A DNA stretch of 64,000 nucleotides from Balanoglossus misakiensis (lineage: Eukaryota > Animalia > Hemichordata): contig CM082587.2 in assembly GCA_040954595.2 (NCBI GenBank), forward strand, positions 5,506,206 through 5,570,205, in the 5' to 3' direction. Below are positions 39,594 to 53,167 of the stretch, piece after piece. The position numbers and the translations under genes are program-made. The stretch's first letter is position 1, and each line of letters begins with the position of its first letter. Below the pieces are notes generated by a model. That model saw only the letters and a program-made list of their open reading frames with translations. It was not told where the DNA came from and made no database searches.

Positions 39594-40021
39594 TGTGTCG
39601 CTAATTTCTAGGAAGCGTATAACTGAAGAAAATTGGGCACCGTGAACTCTCCTGTCCTGGGATTCCTATGTGTACATTTCAGTGGTTTCCCCACAACATA
39701 CTGACGTCATTATCCCGTTGAAATCTCGCTTGGGAATTCCCGTGTTTATACGAAAAAAGACAGTCACCAAGTGCACTATAGGTGACTATTACATCGCCAT
39801 TCGTGATCATTATCAACTGTGTTCCCATATGTTTAAATCTGAAGTCACAAAACGTCCTAAAGGGAGAACACTTGCCAGTTCAGACGCTCACATTCACGCG
39901 AGATTTGAGATACTCGACGCCATTTTGAAACCGCACAAAATCTGTGTCTACGGAAGTGTGTCAAGAGAATTTTCTTTCTAAATCTTCCATGCCATCCATT
40001 TGGAACACATCGACACTACAA
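39594..40021. promoter_or_regulatory. Probable bidirectional promoter for ANKRD45/KLHL20
   Basis: Short interval between divergent genes. CRE TGACGTCA at 39702, YY1-type CGCCATTTT at ~39918, ETS CGGAAGTG at 39950, and a donor GTAAGT at 40022 for a non-coding KLHL20 exon. Confidence 0.6.
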
Positions 40022-40629
40022 GTAAGTCATTTAGATGTTCATCGATCTGATATATTTGTAATGTGGTATTTGTCTTCAGGCGATCTGTCAGTAGTGTTCT
40101 CGCAATGGATCGCCAGACATGTCCACTGACTCCGATCCTGAGTCCCTGACCACTTGACCGAGCTTGCTCAGTGTTTACGAAGTTCGTCGTCCTCGGCCTC
40201 GACAGCAGGACCTTAAATCAACATCTCGAATCACAACTCGAGTAGTTGACTTAAGGGGCTGTGTCTCGATGCCATGATGTACTCCTGATGGAGGCTGATC
40301 AGTGATGGTGATGGAGAGAAACTTACACGATGATCTATTTTCATCCCAGTTCCCTATCTTATACAGGTCCAGCCTTACCATAGAAAACAGTGGTTTTGGA
40401 CTGAACCGTTATATTGTCAGAGCCATATCAGCAAGCACTGTCGCAATTGCTATGATGACCATAAAAAATAACACAGAGAGTGATACTATAGGGTGACATC
40501 TCTTGAAATGGAACTTGACGTGAACTATCATTCATAATTCTGCCACATACTTGCATCTGTGAGTGACAGCAAATCAGTTTCTTTTCTCTCTTTTCAGTAT
40601 AAAAATACACATCCTCCCCATCATCAAGC

Positions 40630-43600
40630 ATGGGAGACCACAACGGACAGGGGAGTCTCGATTCCCAAATGCAGCCGGCGAGACTGGTCTACAACTCGGA
40701 CAAGCATCCTAAGCAGACGCTGGAGGCCATCAACACTCTCCGCAAACACAGAGAACTTTGCGACGTGGTGATCGTAGTGGGACAGAAGCGCATCTACGCC
40801 CACCGCATCATACTGTCGGCGTGTAGCCCGTACTTCCACGCCATGTTTACGGGCGAGCTGGCCGAGAGCCGGCAGACGGAAGTCACCATCCGAGACATTG
40901 ACGAGCACGCCATGGAGCTGCTCATCGAGTTTGCCTACACGTCGACGATCATCGTAGAAGAAGGCAACGTGCAGACGTTACTGCCAGCAGCCTGCTTGAT
41001 GCAGCTTCAAGAGATACAGGATGCCTGTTGTGAGTTCTTGAAAAGACAATTGGACCCGTCAAACTGTTTGGGTATACGGGCGTTTGCCGATACACATGCT
41101 TGCAGAGATCTTCTCCGAATAGCTGATAAATTTACACAACACAATTTTCAAGAGGTAAGGTAAAACTTTTTCTCTTTGGGTGAAGGGGGTGAGAAGAAAT
41201 ATTGTATGTTAACCACAATACAATTTCAAACAAAACCTTATGCATAAATGAATGAACATCGATGACCTGCATAATTCTTGTGTACAAGTTGCCCCGAGGT
41301 TCCAGCACCATCTTGCTGACCTTACCTACCATACCAACATTCTTTGCCATTAGGTAGTACCATTGGATTATTCAAGCCAAATGCAAAACAGTAACAACAA
41401 ACTTAGTATTTGATTTTTTGTTGGTTCAGGTCATGGAGAGTGAAGAGTTTATGCTACTGCCGAACAATCAACTGACAGAGATCATTTCTAGTGATGAACT
41501 CAATGTTCGTTCCGAGGAACAAGTCTACGGTGCTGTCATGGCTTGGGTGAAGTACAACATAGCAGAGAGACGCTGTCTACTCCCGCAGGTATGAATCAGA
41601 TGTCTTAAAAGGGGTGCTGCTTCTTTACACAGCAATTTTGGCCAAATTTCACATTTTCAGACAAGTTTGTTTGTAATATGTCAACACTCAAAGGAAAAAA
41701 ACATTCTTGGTGCAAAACTTGACTGGCCAAATTTATGCAACACTGTTATAAAGACCTTGTACACAAGTTAAATATGGCAGGCTGTTTCAAATGTTGTTCA
41801 GGCAGAATTTTCAAGGTCATATTCATATGGCAATACTCCCACACCTAAATGCACTTGTGTATGTTAAGAGTACTTTGTACAGAATTGTGTATCCTAAATT
41901 TCCTCCATTAGGTGCTTGAACACGTACGGCTGCCGCTACTTAATCCCAAATTCCTTGTCGGTACTGTGGGCTCCGATCTCCTCATAAAAAGCGACGAGTC
42001 TTGCCGAGATCTGGTCGATGAAGCCAAGAACTACTTACTCCTGCCGCAAGAACGACCGCTGATGCAAGGACCCAGGACCCGCCCCAGAAAGCCAATCAGA
42101 TGTGGTGAAGTGCTGTTTGCAGGCGAGTGATAAAGATTATGACAAGAACATTGAGTATTAGGAAAGCGTATTAGAATTATGACGTGAAGTGCTGTTTGCA
42201 GGCGAGTGATAAAAATTATGACAAGAACATTGAGTATTAGGAAAGCGTATTAGAATTATGACCAGATTAATGGACACATTTCCCTTTTATATGAGCACCT
42301 GATCTTTACAGTCATCAAAACCTGTGTCTGGTCGGATAGTATATCATACCGAAATTCCAGGAATCACGTCAAGTTTCGACTTTCTAATAACCATCAAGTC
42401 TTGCATCGGAAATTGATATTTCTCATGTTTACCTCCCCAAGCCAAAGAGATGCATAACCTCGATTAATGGGTCTGTGTTGTTGGCCTTGTATCATGCGAT
42501 GTGAGTGTAGACTACACACCTGATGTACACCTCCCACACACACGTTGTGAATGTAGCAAGGGCAACACAATAGCCCCGAGCTGAACTATACAGTGGTGCA
42601 GATAATCGCCGGTTATCATCAAAACACACCTCTGCACTTGGCATGTGACCAGCAATAATGATTGTAAATGCTAGGTTTTCTCATCTTTTGCCTTGAGCAA
42701 TTTTCACAAAACTATGTCACTGCTGGAGGATGTAGTCTGATGACAAGGTTATTTATACATCATTGTCGGAAATTAGACCTGTTTTGGCAGCGATAAATTC
42801 CGAGAATTGCATCGGACTGAATAATGTAAATACTGGTAATCTGTGAGCAAAAAATAAATACCAAATGGTTAACAGCAAGTAGTCTTGATAATATACAGGG
42901 CATTTTTCAAAATAATGTTTTCCAACTGATAATTTTGTACTGCAGTTGGAGGCTGGTGCAGCGGTGATGCGATATCCAGCGTGGAGAGGTTTGATCCGCA
43001 GACGCACGAATGGCGGATGGTGGCGCCCATGAGTAAACGCCGGTGTGGAGTGGGTGTTGCGGTGGTTGACGATTTACTCTATGCTGTGGGCGGCCATGAT
43101 GGTGCTTCATATCTCAACAGCATTGAAAGGTGTGTATAAACTTCAATAATTGATCAGCACATCTGATTCACAAATTTAAATACAGGAATTTTTTGCGATA
43201 TCGAAAGAGGCAACTGTTACGCGAGGATTAATTTTCGCGTTTTTATTTCACTAACTGCATCGATACTACTGAAAAAATTTTATGCGACTTTTTATTTTCA
43301 CATTATGCGTTCAAACACTTTTACTTGTAGGTATGATCCGCAGACTAATCAGTGGAGCAGTGACGTGGCACCCACTAGTACCTGCAGGACCAGTGTTGGC
43401 GTGGCCGTCTTGGATAGCTACATGTACGCAGTGGGTGGACAGGATGGCGTGTCGTGTCTCAACATTGTGGAAAGGTGAGTTGTGTTCACAGAACAGTGAT
43501 ATGTCATTTTTGAATAGGCGAAAAAAACAAAACAAGCAGAGATCTCGGTGTGTGTGATATCTCAGTGGTATGACATGTATGTACAGAGTGAACTTTTCAC

Positions 43601-45368
43601 ATCTACATTGTGCTGTCAGGCATCACGGTGCTAGCTGCGGCATCACTTGAGAAATCTATTCATAATCACACATGAAAAGTTGCCGTGTTCCTCCCAAAGA
43701 AGTCTTGACACAGTATGGATTCAAGGGTACTTCAGTCACAAGAGCATGCTCATCCTATTGTTCATGAATGTGTCAGCTAACACGTACCAGTACTTAATAC
43801 CCTACGGCACATAATTTAATTCAAATATGCCGCCAGTGATAAAAGTAATCATTGTGGATATTTCTTCCTTTTTTCATTCATTAATTCAAATATACTGATA
43901 AATCGACAGGGTGTGGCACTGACCCTTGACGCAGGTTTGAACTGTGACCTGGGATTTTCCCTATTTTGGGATAGGGGGCGCCCTCCTGAGTGACAACAGA
44001 ACTTGTGGCCACGAGGCGAGGGCTTGTCCTGTACTTGAATGATATTAACAGACGATTGCATTTTAGTTTGTGAGATTCCTTAAATTCTTAAACCCAAACA
44101 CGGTGTACTGTATGTATGTTGTCTCTTCCCTTTGTGTAGGTATGAGCCACAGGCCAACAAGTGGGGGAAGGTGGCACCGATGAGCACAAGACGTCTTGGC
44201 GTGGCTGTCGCTGTGCTAAGTGGTTATCTGTACGCAGTGGGCGGATCTGACGGTTCATCGCCACTCAACACAGGTATGACATCAAACACAAGTAATGATA
44301 TCCACATTGTGCATTGGATTAATGTCATGTACAGTAAAACCAGCCATCACGGGAACTGAAGAAATTGCTTTGTTTGCAGAGTTGTTTGGTTTATAGAGGT
44401 TCTTTTAACGTGATTCTGTGTGGAAGGGACTGGAAAATTTGTTTGGTATAGACAGGTTTCCAGACTAGACAGGGTTCGGTTTAGACAGGTTTTACGGTAA
44501 CACAAATCTGACAAGTGGATTTTTTTTTTTCTGTTTATGAACTTTCCTGTGCCCTCTCTGCCTGTAGTGGAAAGGTACGACCCCAGGACAAACCGGTGGA
44601 CGCCAGTGTCTCCCATGGGCACCCGACGGAAACATCTGGGCTGCGCCGTGTTCAATGACATGATCTACGCCGTGGGTGGCCGCGACGACCAGGCGGAGCT
44701 GAGCAGTGCAGAGAGGTACAACCCGAATACAAATACGTGGCAGCCGGTGGTAGCCATGAATTCGCGCAGAAGCGGGGTGAGTTGTCATGTGTGTGGTTTC
44801 AGTTGTAGCTATGTAAGTCCAATAGGGTGTGAACTTTACCCATGCATTAGCGAGAGGGTCTCTTACATGTTTTTAGAGATGTTGTAGGATGCCATGCAAA
44901 CTACATGTAAAATGAAATCCAATAGCATCTTGCAACAGCATAAACTTTTGTAGCATTTTTTCATCATTTTTCCTAGAGGTGAGTACATGTACTAAATGCT
45001 TGTTCAGTGACCAGCTCTGGTGAAATTTTTCTGTTGCATGTCTCCGAGCATGTAAATATAAGCATCATGCATGCAATAGTATGAAAAGAAATTGGAATTA
45101 AGAATTGAGCCTGCAAAGGCTCCATTCCAAATCATTCATTTACAGAAAGTTACAATTGGACGTGTTTTCTTGACAGGTGGGTCTGGCTGTCGTGAACGGT
45201 CAGCTGATGGCAGTGGGGGGATTCGACGGAACCACCTATCTCAAGACGGTGGAGGTCTACGACTCGGAATCCAACTGCTGGAAGATGTACGGCGGGATGA
45301 ACTACCGACGGCTGGGCGGGGGAGTGGGCGTGGTCCGGCTGCCCCACCTGGAGCCCCACCTCTGGTGA
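40630..45368 (+). CDS. KLHL20: Kelch-like protein 20 (BTB-BACK-6x Kelch; Drosophila diablo orthologue)
   Basis: [75 protein letters not shown] and [14 protein letters not shown]. Eight coding exons. AATAAA at ~46252. Confidence 0.97.
42105..42262 (+). repeat. 79-bp tandem duplication spanning a KLHL20 exon/intron junction
   Basis: GTGAAGTGCTGTTTGCAGGCGAGTGATAAA...AGAATTATGAC at 42105 and 42184, with one mismatch. Confidence 0.95.
44330..44499. mobile_element. MITE with TA flanks (Tc1/pogo-like CAGT termini)
   Basis: TACAGTAAAACC ... GGTTTTACGGTA, with internal TAGACAGG subrepeats. Confidence 0.65.
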
Positions 45369-47601
45369 CATCAGCTGTTAGTGTGTGACGAGCTGACGTC
45401 ACCACTGTGCACAGATCCGAGCGCTTCATTCGTAATGGTTTGAGCGAAAAACAAAACTTAACAAAACATATTCAAAAGGTGACTCGTGGCATTAGGAAAT
45501 CCATTTTCCAAGCGAGCAGCAGGCTGTGTGATGTCATCATAAGCAGTGCACCGATAACCAGTGATGTCAGCGTTGTTTGCGGTGTGCACGCACCAACCAC
45601 AGTAGTCGAAGCAAGGTTGGCATGGTAGCTGAACGTTGAAATGATTCATATACATCACGTGTAGATGCCCTCTTGCAGTTGGGCATGAGAAGAGGTATGT
45701 TGGTGACATTAGTGGGCCGATGCGAACACATTCACCTGGTTCAAGGTAGCTGATGCCAATTATACAGTGGACACTTGACTTGTGGTTTTCACCCTACTGA
45801 GTTCAAGACGTCCGTTATAAAATCAGCAAACACCACCAAGTTCTGGCAAGGGAAGGTGAATTGGCTGGGTTTAGAATTACCCCCTTTCACCCCCAGATGG
45901 TAAATGACTGCATTAGCTATACACAGACAATTTGTGTTGCAGTGCTCATGTAAAATATGGTTGCCATGGTGCAGTCATATGACTGTGTAAAATATTAGAT
46001 GTTTTGTAAAAACTGCATTAGTGATATATTTATTCCATTTTTAAAATATAAGTATATATTGCTTTGTATTAAAACAATGTGCAATCTATGTATCAATAAC
46101 AGAATGCTAGTGTAGTGTGTAGTGTGCTATAAACACAAGTGAAATTTATACATCATGTATGTAAATAGTTAATGTATACCTTTGTATTAAAGAGGGGCGC
46201 TACAGTACAAGAAATTGAGAAGTTTTATACGCAAAGCATTTATTTACTGTGAATAAAAACCGGTTTCTTTGATTGAGACTGTAACGTTATGACTGTTCTC
46301 CCAACATAATCCCCAGCTTGTCAGCAGGTCATGTATACTATATATGTACCAACCCTTTATTATTATTGTTGACAAATGCATTCAAGTCTGGACTTGAATA
46401 TAAATTTTGGGCAATAAGAAGGCCGATTAAACAAATCTACTTATTTTCAGTATTGTATGAGACCATATAATAAAGTGACAAATTCAATATATGTTTAGAT
46501 ATTGTCGATTTACTGCTAACACGAGATTCCTACCTGCCTCCGGACCAGTTATGAAAGTCTCTATTCTTTGCTCAAATTTTCGTTTTGCCCAAAGATGGCG
46601 CTGTTTACTTCAAGGTACAATACTTACAATTGACGCATTATCGTTTGTCATCTTTCGAAACAAATATAACATTGTTTTGAGTGTGATACCGTGTCCTCTT
46701 TGCTTCACAATGCTGTATACCGCTAGCATTATACTTTTTTCTTACGAAATAAACGATACTATGAAGTAATGTTTGAAAAAAAATACTTTCTTCGTTGTCT
46801 CTTTGACCTAACAATTAAACTTTAGTTCGGGTGCGTTCTCAATATGTCTCTTCTCTTAATATTTTTTTCCGTGATGGCACTGTCATTCAAATTACATGTA
46901 AACGTACAAAATCAATATCGCTCGAAAATGTATCGATTTGTATCACTTGAATAAGTTTCAATTGGAATACTACTACACATGTATGTGAGAAATGTCAGAA
47001 TGTTTGAAATGCTTGATTCATCAGAATCTGTCCAACTTTCTGTCGGTTTGCGACAGACACCTGTTGGATTGGAAGATGACAATACCTTTGCCACGAAACC
47101 GCCTCTTTCATTATCGATGACAGCGACTGACGTGACCGCACACGTTTGCAGACGCTCTAAGCATTCTCGGGCTATGTTTACTTAGCTACTGAAATTAGCA
47201 AGTGAAAGAGACAAATGACAATAATAACATATGACCTAGAAAGCACCGATTGCAAGTGCTGTCATCGCCCAAAAGTGCGCATAAATAGGGGAATTGTCTT
47301 CTTTGGCTGAAATGCTTTATGCGTTTTGTTAACTCCTTGGCGTTGTCAACAAGGATGTCCATAAGGACGGTTTTAACGTTCAAATAAGACGAAGTTCGGC
47401 TTTTGAAGTGGATTGGCTTTTACTCCACCCGCTCCAGAATGGGACGGTCCAAGAGTTGGCAAAACAACATGGCGCGGTGGTGTGAGCGTGCCTGTCTCCA
47501 AGTCCAACAACTTCGGTGAGAACTCCCCCAAAAGTGTCAAGTTCTGGGAGAGAAAAAAGGAATGAAACTCATCTCCGCGTGGCAACATCGGCGGAGGAAA
47601 G

Positions 47602-50600
47602 ATGAATGCCACGTTTGCCATGAAAGCTGGCGGAAAGCTGGAGCCGATCATTCCCAGACGGCCGAAGACCCCGAAATCCAACGACTTGGAGCGATCGCGG
47701 ACTAATGTTGACGGAAGCAAAAAGGACGCCAGGTCGCACAGGAGGCGCAGACCGAAAAATCCGATCACCGTTGACACTTCCAAGGCAAAATCGTCCACTG
47801 AAGTTGTGCGCATCGCAGTCAAAGAGCTGGGATGGGGTTGGAAGGATGTACGTATCATTTGTAATTTACAAGAAATATGTGTGTTGCATGAAACTGAACA
47901 TCTAGAGATGAAATCGGGCTCCTCTATATGATCGGCCCGTCCACCGGGCTAATGGGCGTCCCGATCATGTCCTGTTAGGCGTAACTGCTTTTGACTTGCA
48001 ACATTGTCACATACACGGGGCTGATCGGCGTCCCAATCATGTCCTGTTAGGCGTAACTGCTTTTCATTTGCAACATTGTCGCAAACACCGGCGACCTCTA
48101 ATGGCCTGACATAAGCACAGCTACGGGCGCAGCGGGGCTAATGGATTTTCAATCATAATTGCTGTTGTCGAACAGGAAGGCGAGACAACGTACAACTTCC
48201 CCGCGATTCGCCGGCGAAATCGGCGCTGATACAAAACGTCAACGCTCCAAAACATGCAGATCTGTAGCTGCAATAATATTGTAGCATTGGTGGGCTGGTT
48301 AGGTGGCTCGTCGATGGGCCTGGCACGCGAGCCGCACGCAACTCAGCGCATGCAAGACGCACGATCCAGCCACCAACCAGCCCACCAAGGCTAGAATTAC
48401 TGCAGCTAGCATATCTGAAATGTACACGAGTGTCGGTTTCTCGGCAGGTTTTCACCTTAACAACATAACGTGAACTAATTAAACAATAACGGTTTACCCG
48501 AGGACAATAGCACGCTAATGTGGCATCACAATTGAATAATGATCAAATCCGATGTATTGATTTCGCTATGCCCAACCTAACATGTTTGACTTTTGTTTCC
48601 TGCTCAACTGTGGGGCCTTGTTTGTTCAAAAGCCAGTGTTTGCTTTTGAAAAAGCTGTTGACTCTCCCGTCAAATATCACTTCAACCCTGGCAAAGTCAG
48701 CTCTAATGGGAAGTTGGTTAAATATTATAAAGTTTGGCAGTATAAATTGAATTTGTATAATGGCAATGAAGAAGCATTCTAGTCAAAGGGATTTTTTTCC
48801 TCCCAAAGATCTTGCAGTAGTTCCACTGTGTGCCTTAGCAGAGATAAGGGTGAAAAAAAATCCCAGGAATGATGTAGCCTGGTGATCAGACCTTGCTCAG
48901 CTATTTGTGAACCACACAGCTGCATGGTCAAATTGAGACTGTAAACAAACCGGTGCCGTGGCAACCAGCTGATAGGCCAATCTCAATGGGGTCAATCTTG
49001 TTTGGATGATCACCTTATGATGAACTTTGTCTGTCGTCAAGTGGACGGTGCCCCTCAGAGCTGGATGAAATTGACTATGAGTTATAAGTATGCTTCGTCA
49101 CTTTGTGTAAATTTTCAGACGATTGTTGGCAAGAGAGACAGGCCTTCCATGATAGCTACGGTTTTACAGCCATGTTGTCCAGTCACCTCCCAACAACCCC
49201 CCCCCCCCCCCCATATAATCACACTGTCGGCCATCTCCAGACTGTACAAATACAACATCTGTCAGTGCTAAATGGAGCGGCTTAAATTCAGCAGACAAAA
49301 TATTGACAACTGTCAAGCCTAAGTTGGGGATGATGAGCGTAACCGGGGCAACTGAAGTGAGTTTTGAGTACAGATACCAGTCCACTGTGTTTCTTGGATA
49401 CTTAGTGTTCAGATGGGATATCGATGTCATATGGAGATAAAATATGCATGCAAGCAGCTTACATCCATATTTTATCTCCATATTTCAGTGCAACGGAATC
49501 AGATGACTTGTTATTCTCCAGGACTGACTATAAAACTGCATAACTGTATTGCCAATGTTTGCCTAGTTGAATAATACTGTGAAGGATCACTCCACTGTGA
49601 AAACACGCTTGAAATGTATACGTCTAGTTTTGTTTGTGAGAGTTCAACAGGCAGTCAGTGTTTTCGTAGTTCTAAACTATCAACTAGGCAAGAGTAGATC
49701 CACACTCTCGCATGTAAACTGTATCAAGTAACACTACTATTTGCGAACAATATATTTTCAATATAGATGTATTGAAACGTATGTTTATAAAAAATGCAAA
49801 TATCCAATCATAGAAAAGTATGTTAATAAATAATGCAAATATCCAATCAAGAAAAGTGTGTTTATAAAAAAATCCAAATATTCAATCATCAACCAAATAT
49901 ATTCCTCTGATAAACAGTGAATCAGAAATCAGTACCTGTCCTCAGAAACAAAACCACATGAATAGCAACAACTATCACAGTGTACGGCATTTTCAGATAG
50001 AGGTTGCTTTTTCTGAACATTCTGGGATAATTTCTGGCTTCGGTTATGACTACGCAGCCCATACTAAGTGCTGGTTGCCACGCTGCAAAAGCCGACAGAG
50101 AAAAAAATTCCCCTGAGTGTACTATAATAGTGTTAAAAATGTATGGTGTGTAATTGTACCCGATTGTGAGAGACGGTTACGCCCGCCATGTGACTAAGTA
50201 ACTTTATTCACACTCTCACTCTCTGACCAATCAAACAAGGCAGGTGCAATGCATGCTCCCCCTTGTTGCTATTTATACATTGGTTCCTACAAAGAACCGA
50301 AAAACTGGAAAATTTGCTTCACTTTTTAATAGTCTCCTTGTCCTTGTAAAAAAAATCCCTGCAAAGGCCGGACTCGCCATATTTCTTTTGAAAATAGTGA
50401 AATTTTATCGCCATGCTGCCCATTTTTATGAGAAAAATTTATGCCTTCCAAAGAGGCTATCTTGCTATCTGCTGAAAAACTCATAAAAAATTGACAGATT
50501 ACAAACACCTGTCCCCAAAGTACACGTACACCCAAACCTTCCATCGTTTTCTTTTATGATTTTACTCTTGAATTTTACTATGCCAGAATATTCTCATTTT

Positions 50601-53128
50601 CTCCAGATCCAGTTGTATAAATTTGCCTCATAAATTCCACACACTAAAAACATTAATCTGTCCCCGACTTGTCGAGTAAGGATTTAAGTTGCAAGATTTA
50701 AGGGACATTTTATGAGGTTCTGCTGTCCTCAGTGTGTGGTTGAAAGGTGTGGGGATACAAAGTCATTTCTATTGTACAGTGGGATACATTCCTCGTCCAG
50801 TGTTTTTGGTGCTTCACCAATTAATTTTGACCATAAAATCTTTTCCAGCCCTCAACATTACGTAATAAATCATGATTTGGCTGGGCTGCTTGAAACACCA
50901 TCAACAGGTGTTTTAAGTACCACTGGTCCAAAATGTTTCAAGATCTTCAGGACTGCTTCCCATTACTGTAAAACAGCGAGGGAGAAAGCATAGACACTTT
51001 GGCCAAATTGCAACAAACTAAAACAGAGGTATGCAGCCACAATGAGATGCAAAGAGGTGTTGGTTGTTGGAAATTTCCCAAATTTTGCCGGCATGACCTC
51101 ATAGCAAAACCAAACTGAGTGTTGACATACCCGTCTGAGGAATGCGCCACTTGACTTGTATAAGGGCAGGGTGACTTTTCAACAGATTGGTCAGCCGTAT
51201 CTCTTGTGTAAATTTATGATATGAGCTGTAATTGATTGTTGACTGTGAATTCAGGTATAGCCAATTTATATGAAATTCAACATAAACATGTACATTTGGG
51301 ATTTTGTCTTGAGAAATCAAAATACTTGAGTCGCAATACATTTTAGCGGACCAGTGTGCTAAAGCAAAAGTACCTGCTCCGCAGTTAACAACCAGTGGGC
51401 AAGTTGACAATTTGTCACTGACAAGGAGGTGTCTAATGGTGGTCACCTTCAAGTCAATTAACACTTCATGAAGCCCACACTCCAGTGAGTTATCTCAATA
51501 ACTCTCCCGGATAAATGACCTCCACTACAGTGGTAATGTAGTTCACTTTTTTTTTTAATTTGACAGTACACTGAGGTATACAATGACCGCACCTCTGTTG
51601 GGGGTTTGGGCTGAGAGGCCAAAATGTCCAGGTCAGGCGACAACGCCCTGGCTGTAGTCTGGCCTTTGTGATGGTCAGACAAAGCCCCCCTTTTTAAAGG
51701 CCCATAATAAAACAAATTGTGTCTAATTCACTGGTAAATTTATTGGAGTTTGGGAAGTGAACCGTGATTGGTTAAAATTTTCATGCATACGTAGACAAAG
51801 GGCAATTATGTTTGTGAGACGACAGATGAACACCTCCCTGGGGGGAAACTTGAGAGTATATGTTGTAACTTGCCCAGAGTGACTCAAATCGTTCTCTTAA
51901 TTTCCTTTATCGAAAGATTTTGCGTTGAAATCTTAAGGGTGACATACATGTCAATACAAAGATCGGTTTTCTATAGTTTGACCACACCCTCTGTAATAGT
52001 TGCCCATGAAATCTTATGGCCATAGGAAATGACAATAATAGACAATCTTTAGGCAGAATGACTTCGTGCTCTACAAATTCTACTTTCACATGGTCACCCC
52101 TACAGACGTACATGTATGTATAATATACGCGATCTGAAAATAGATCTCTCTGCCTGGTTACAGGTAAAAGAAAACATTCGTTGTCATTTGAGCTACCTGG
52201 CTGTGGAACACTTTGCCTTAAGAATTCTACTCCCGTAACCCCTGTTACCAGAGCCGTGGCAAGCTTTGTTTGTGGGTGTTGACTCACTCGACTGGTGTAG
52301 TGCGTGTCGAATGTCTCCAATAACTCTAGCTGTTTTTGTGGTGGAATACAGTGTATGAATCAGAAGTGGTCAATAAACACGTTGCATTCCTCTGGAGGCC
52401 CTAGTAACTGTGCCTGCCAAACAATTCGTCAGGGTGCTATTTCCTTTTATGAAGCAGGGTTCCTACATCGTGCCTGGCATGATTTTTCCACAGTGTACTG
52501 AGAATTGTTTTCACACATACTGTAATCTTTAAATCTGTCACGACAATCAAAGGAATGAATGTCCGGGTAACTGTGCATAAGTAAATCAGAAATGGACAGT
52601 TTTATAAACAAGAACCATATATTCTACTTATTAGCTGACAGATACTACATTTAGTTATCAGACATTCATGCATTTATTAAGCTGTGTTTTCATCGTCAGG
52701 TAACAACGCTATGAACAACAAACCGACGTGCCCGTCCCGACCTACATGTCAAGTGTTCGGTCAAATCAGCCATTTCAATCCAATGTATTATAAAGCAAAG
52801 TAAACGTAGGATATGAACTCACTTGTCATTTCCTGGGCAGAGTTCCTGCAGACAAACCGACTACTACTCCTTGTGCAAAGTTGCTAGGATATTATTCTTT
52901 GTTACACTGTATGTACCTGGGTGTTAGGTGTATACTGTGATGTGATCGCCTTTTAAATACAGCTGCCTAGGGGAATTCTCGATGGCAAGATTTCTTTCTT
53001 TCTGCAATGGTTTAAATTTTCTGTACGAGTATGTGTGATGTGTACATGCTGATTGTCTCTGACAAGACAACCTGTACACAAAGTGTTGTGAAACGTCATT
53101 GAACAGTGACTGTCATGCTCAGTTATTA

Positions 53129-53167
<39 letters not shown>

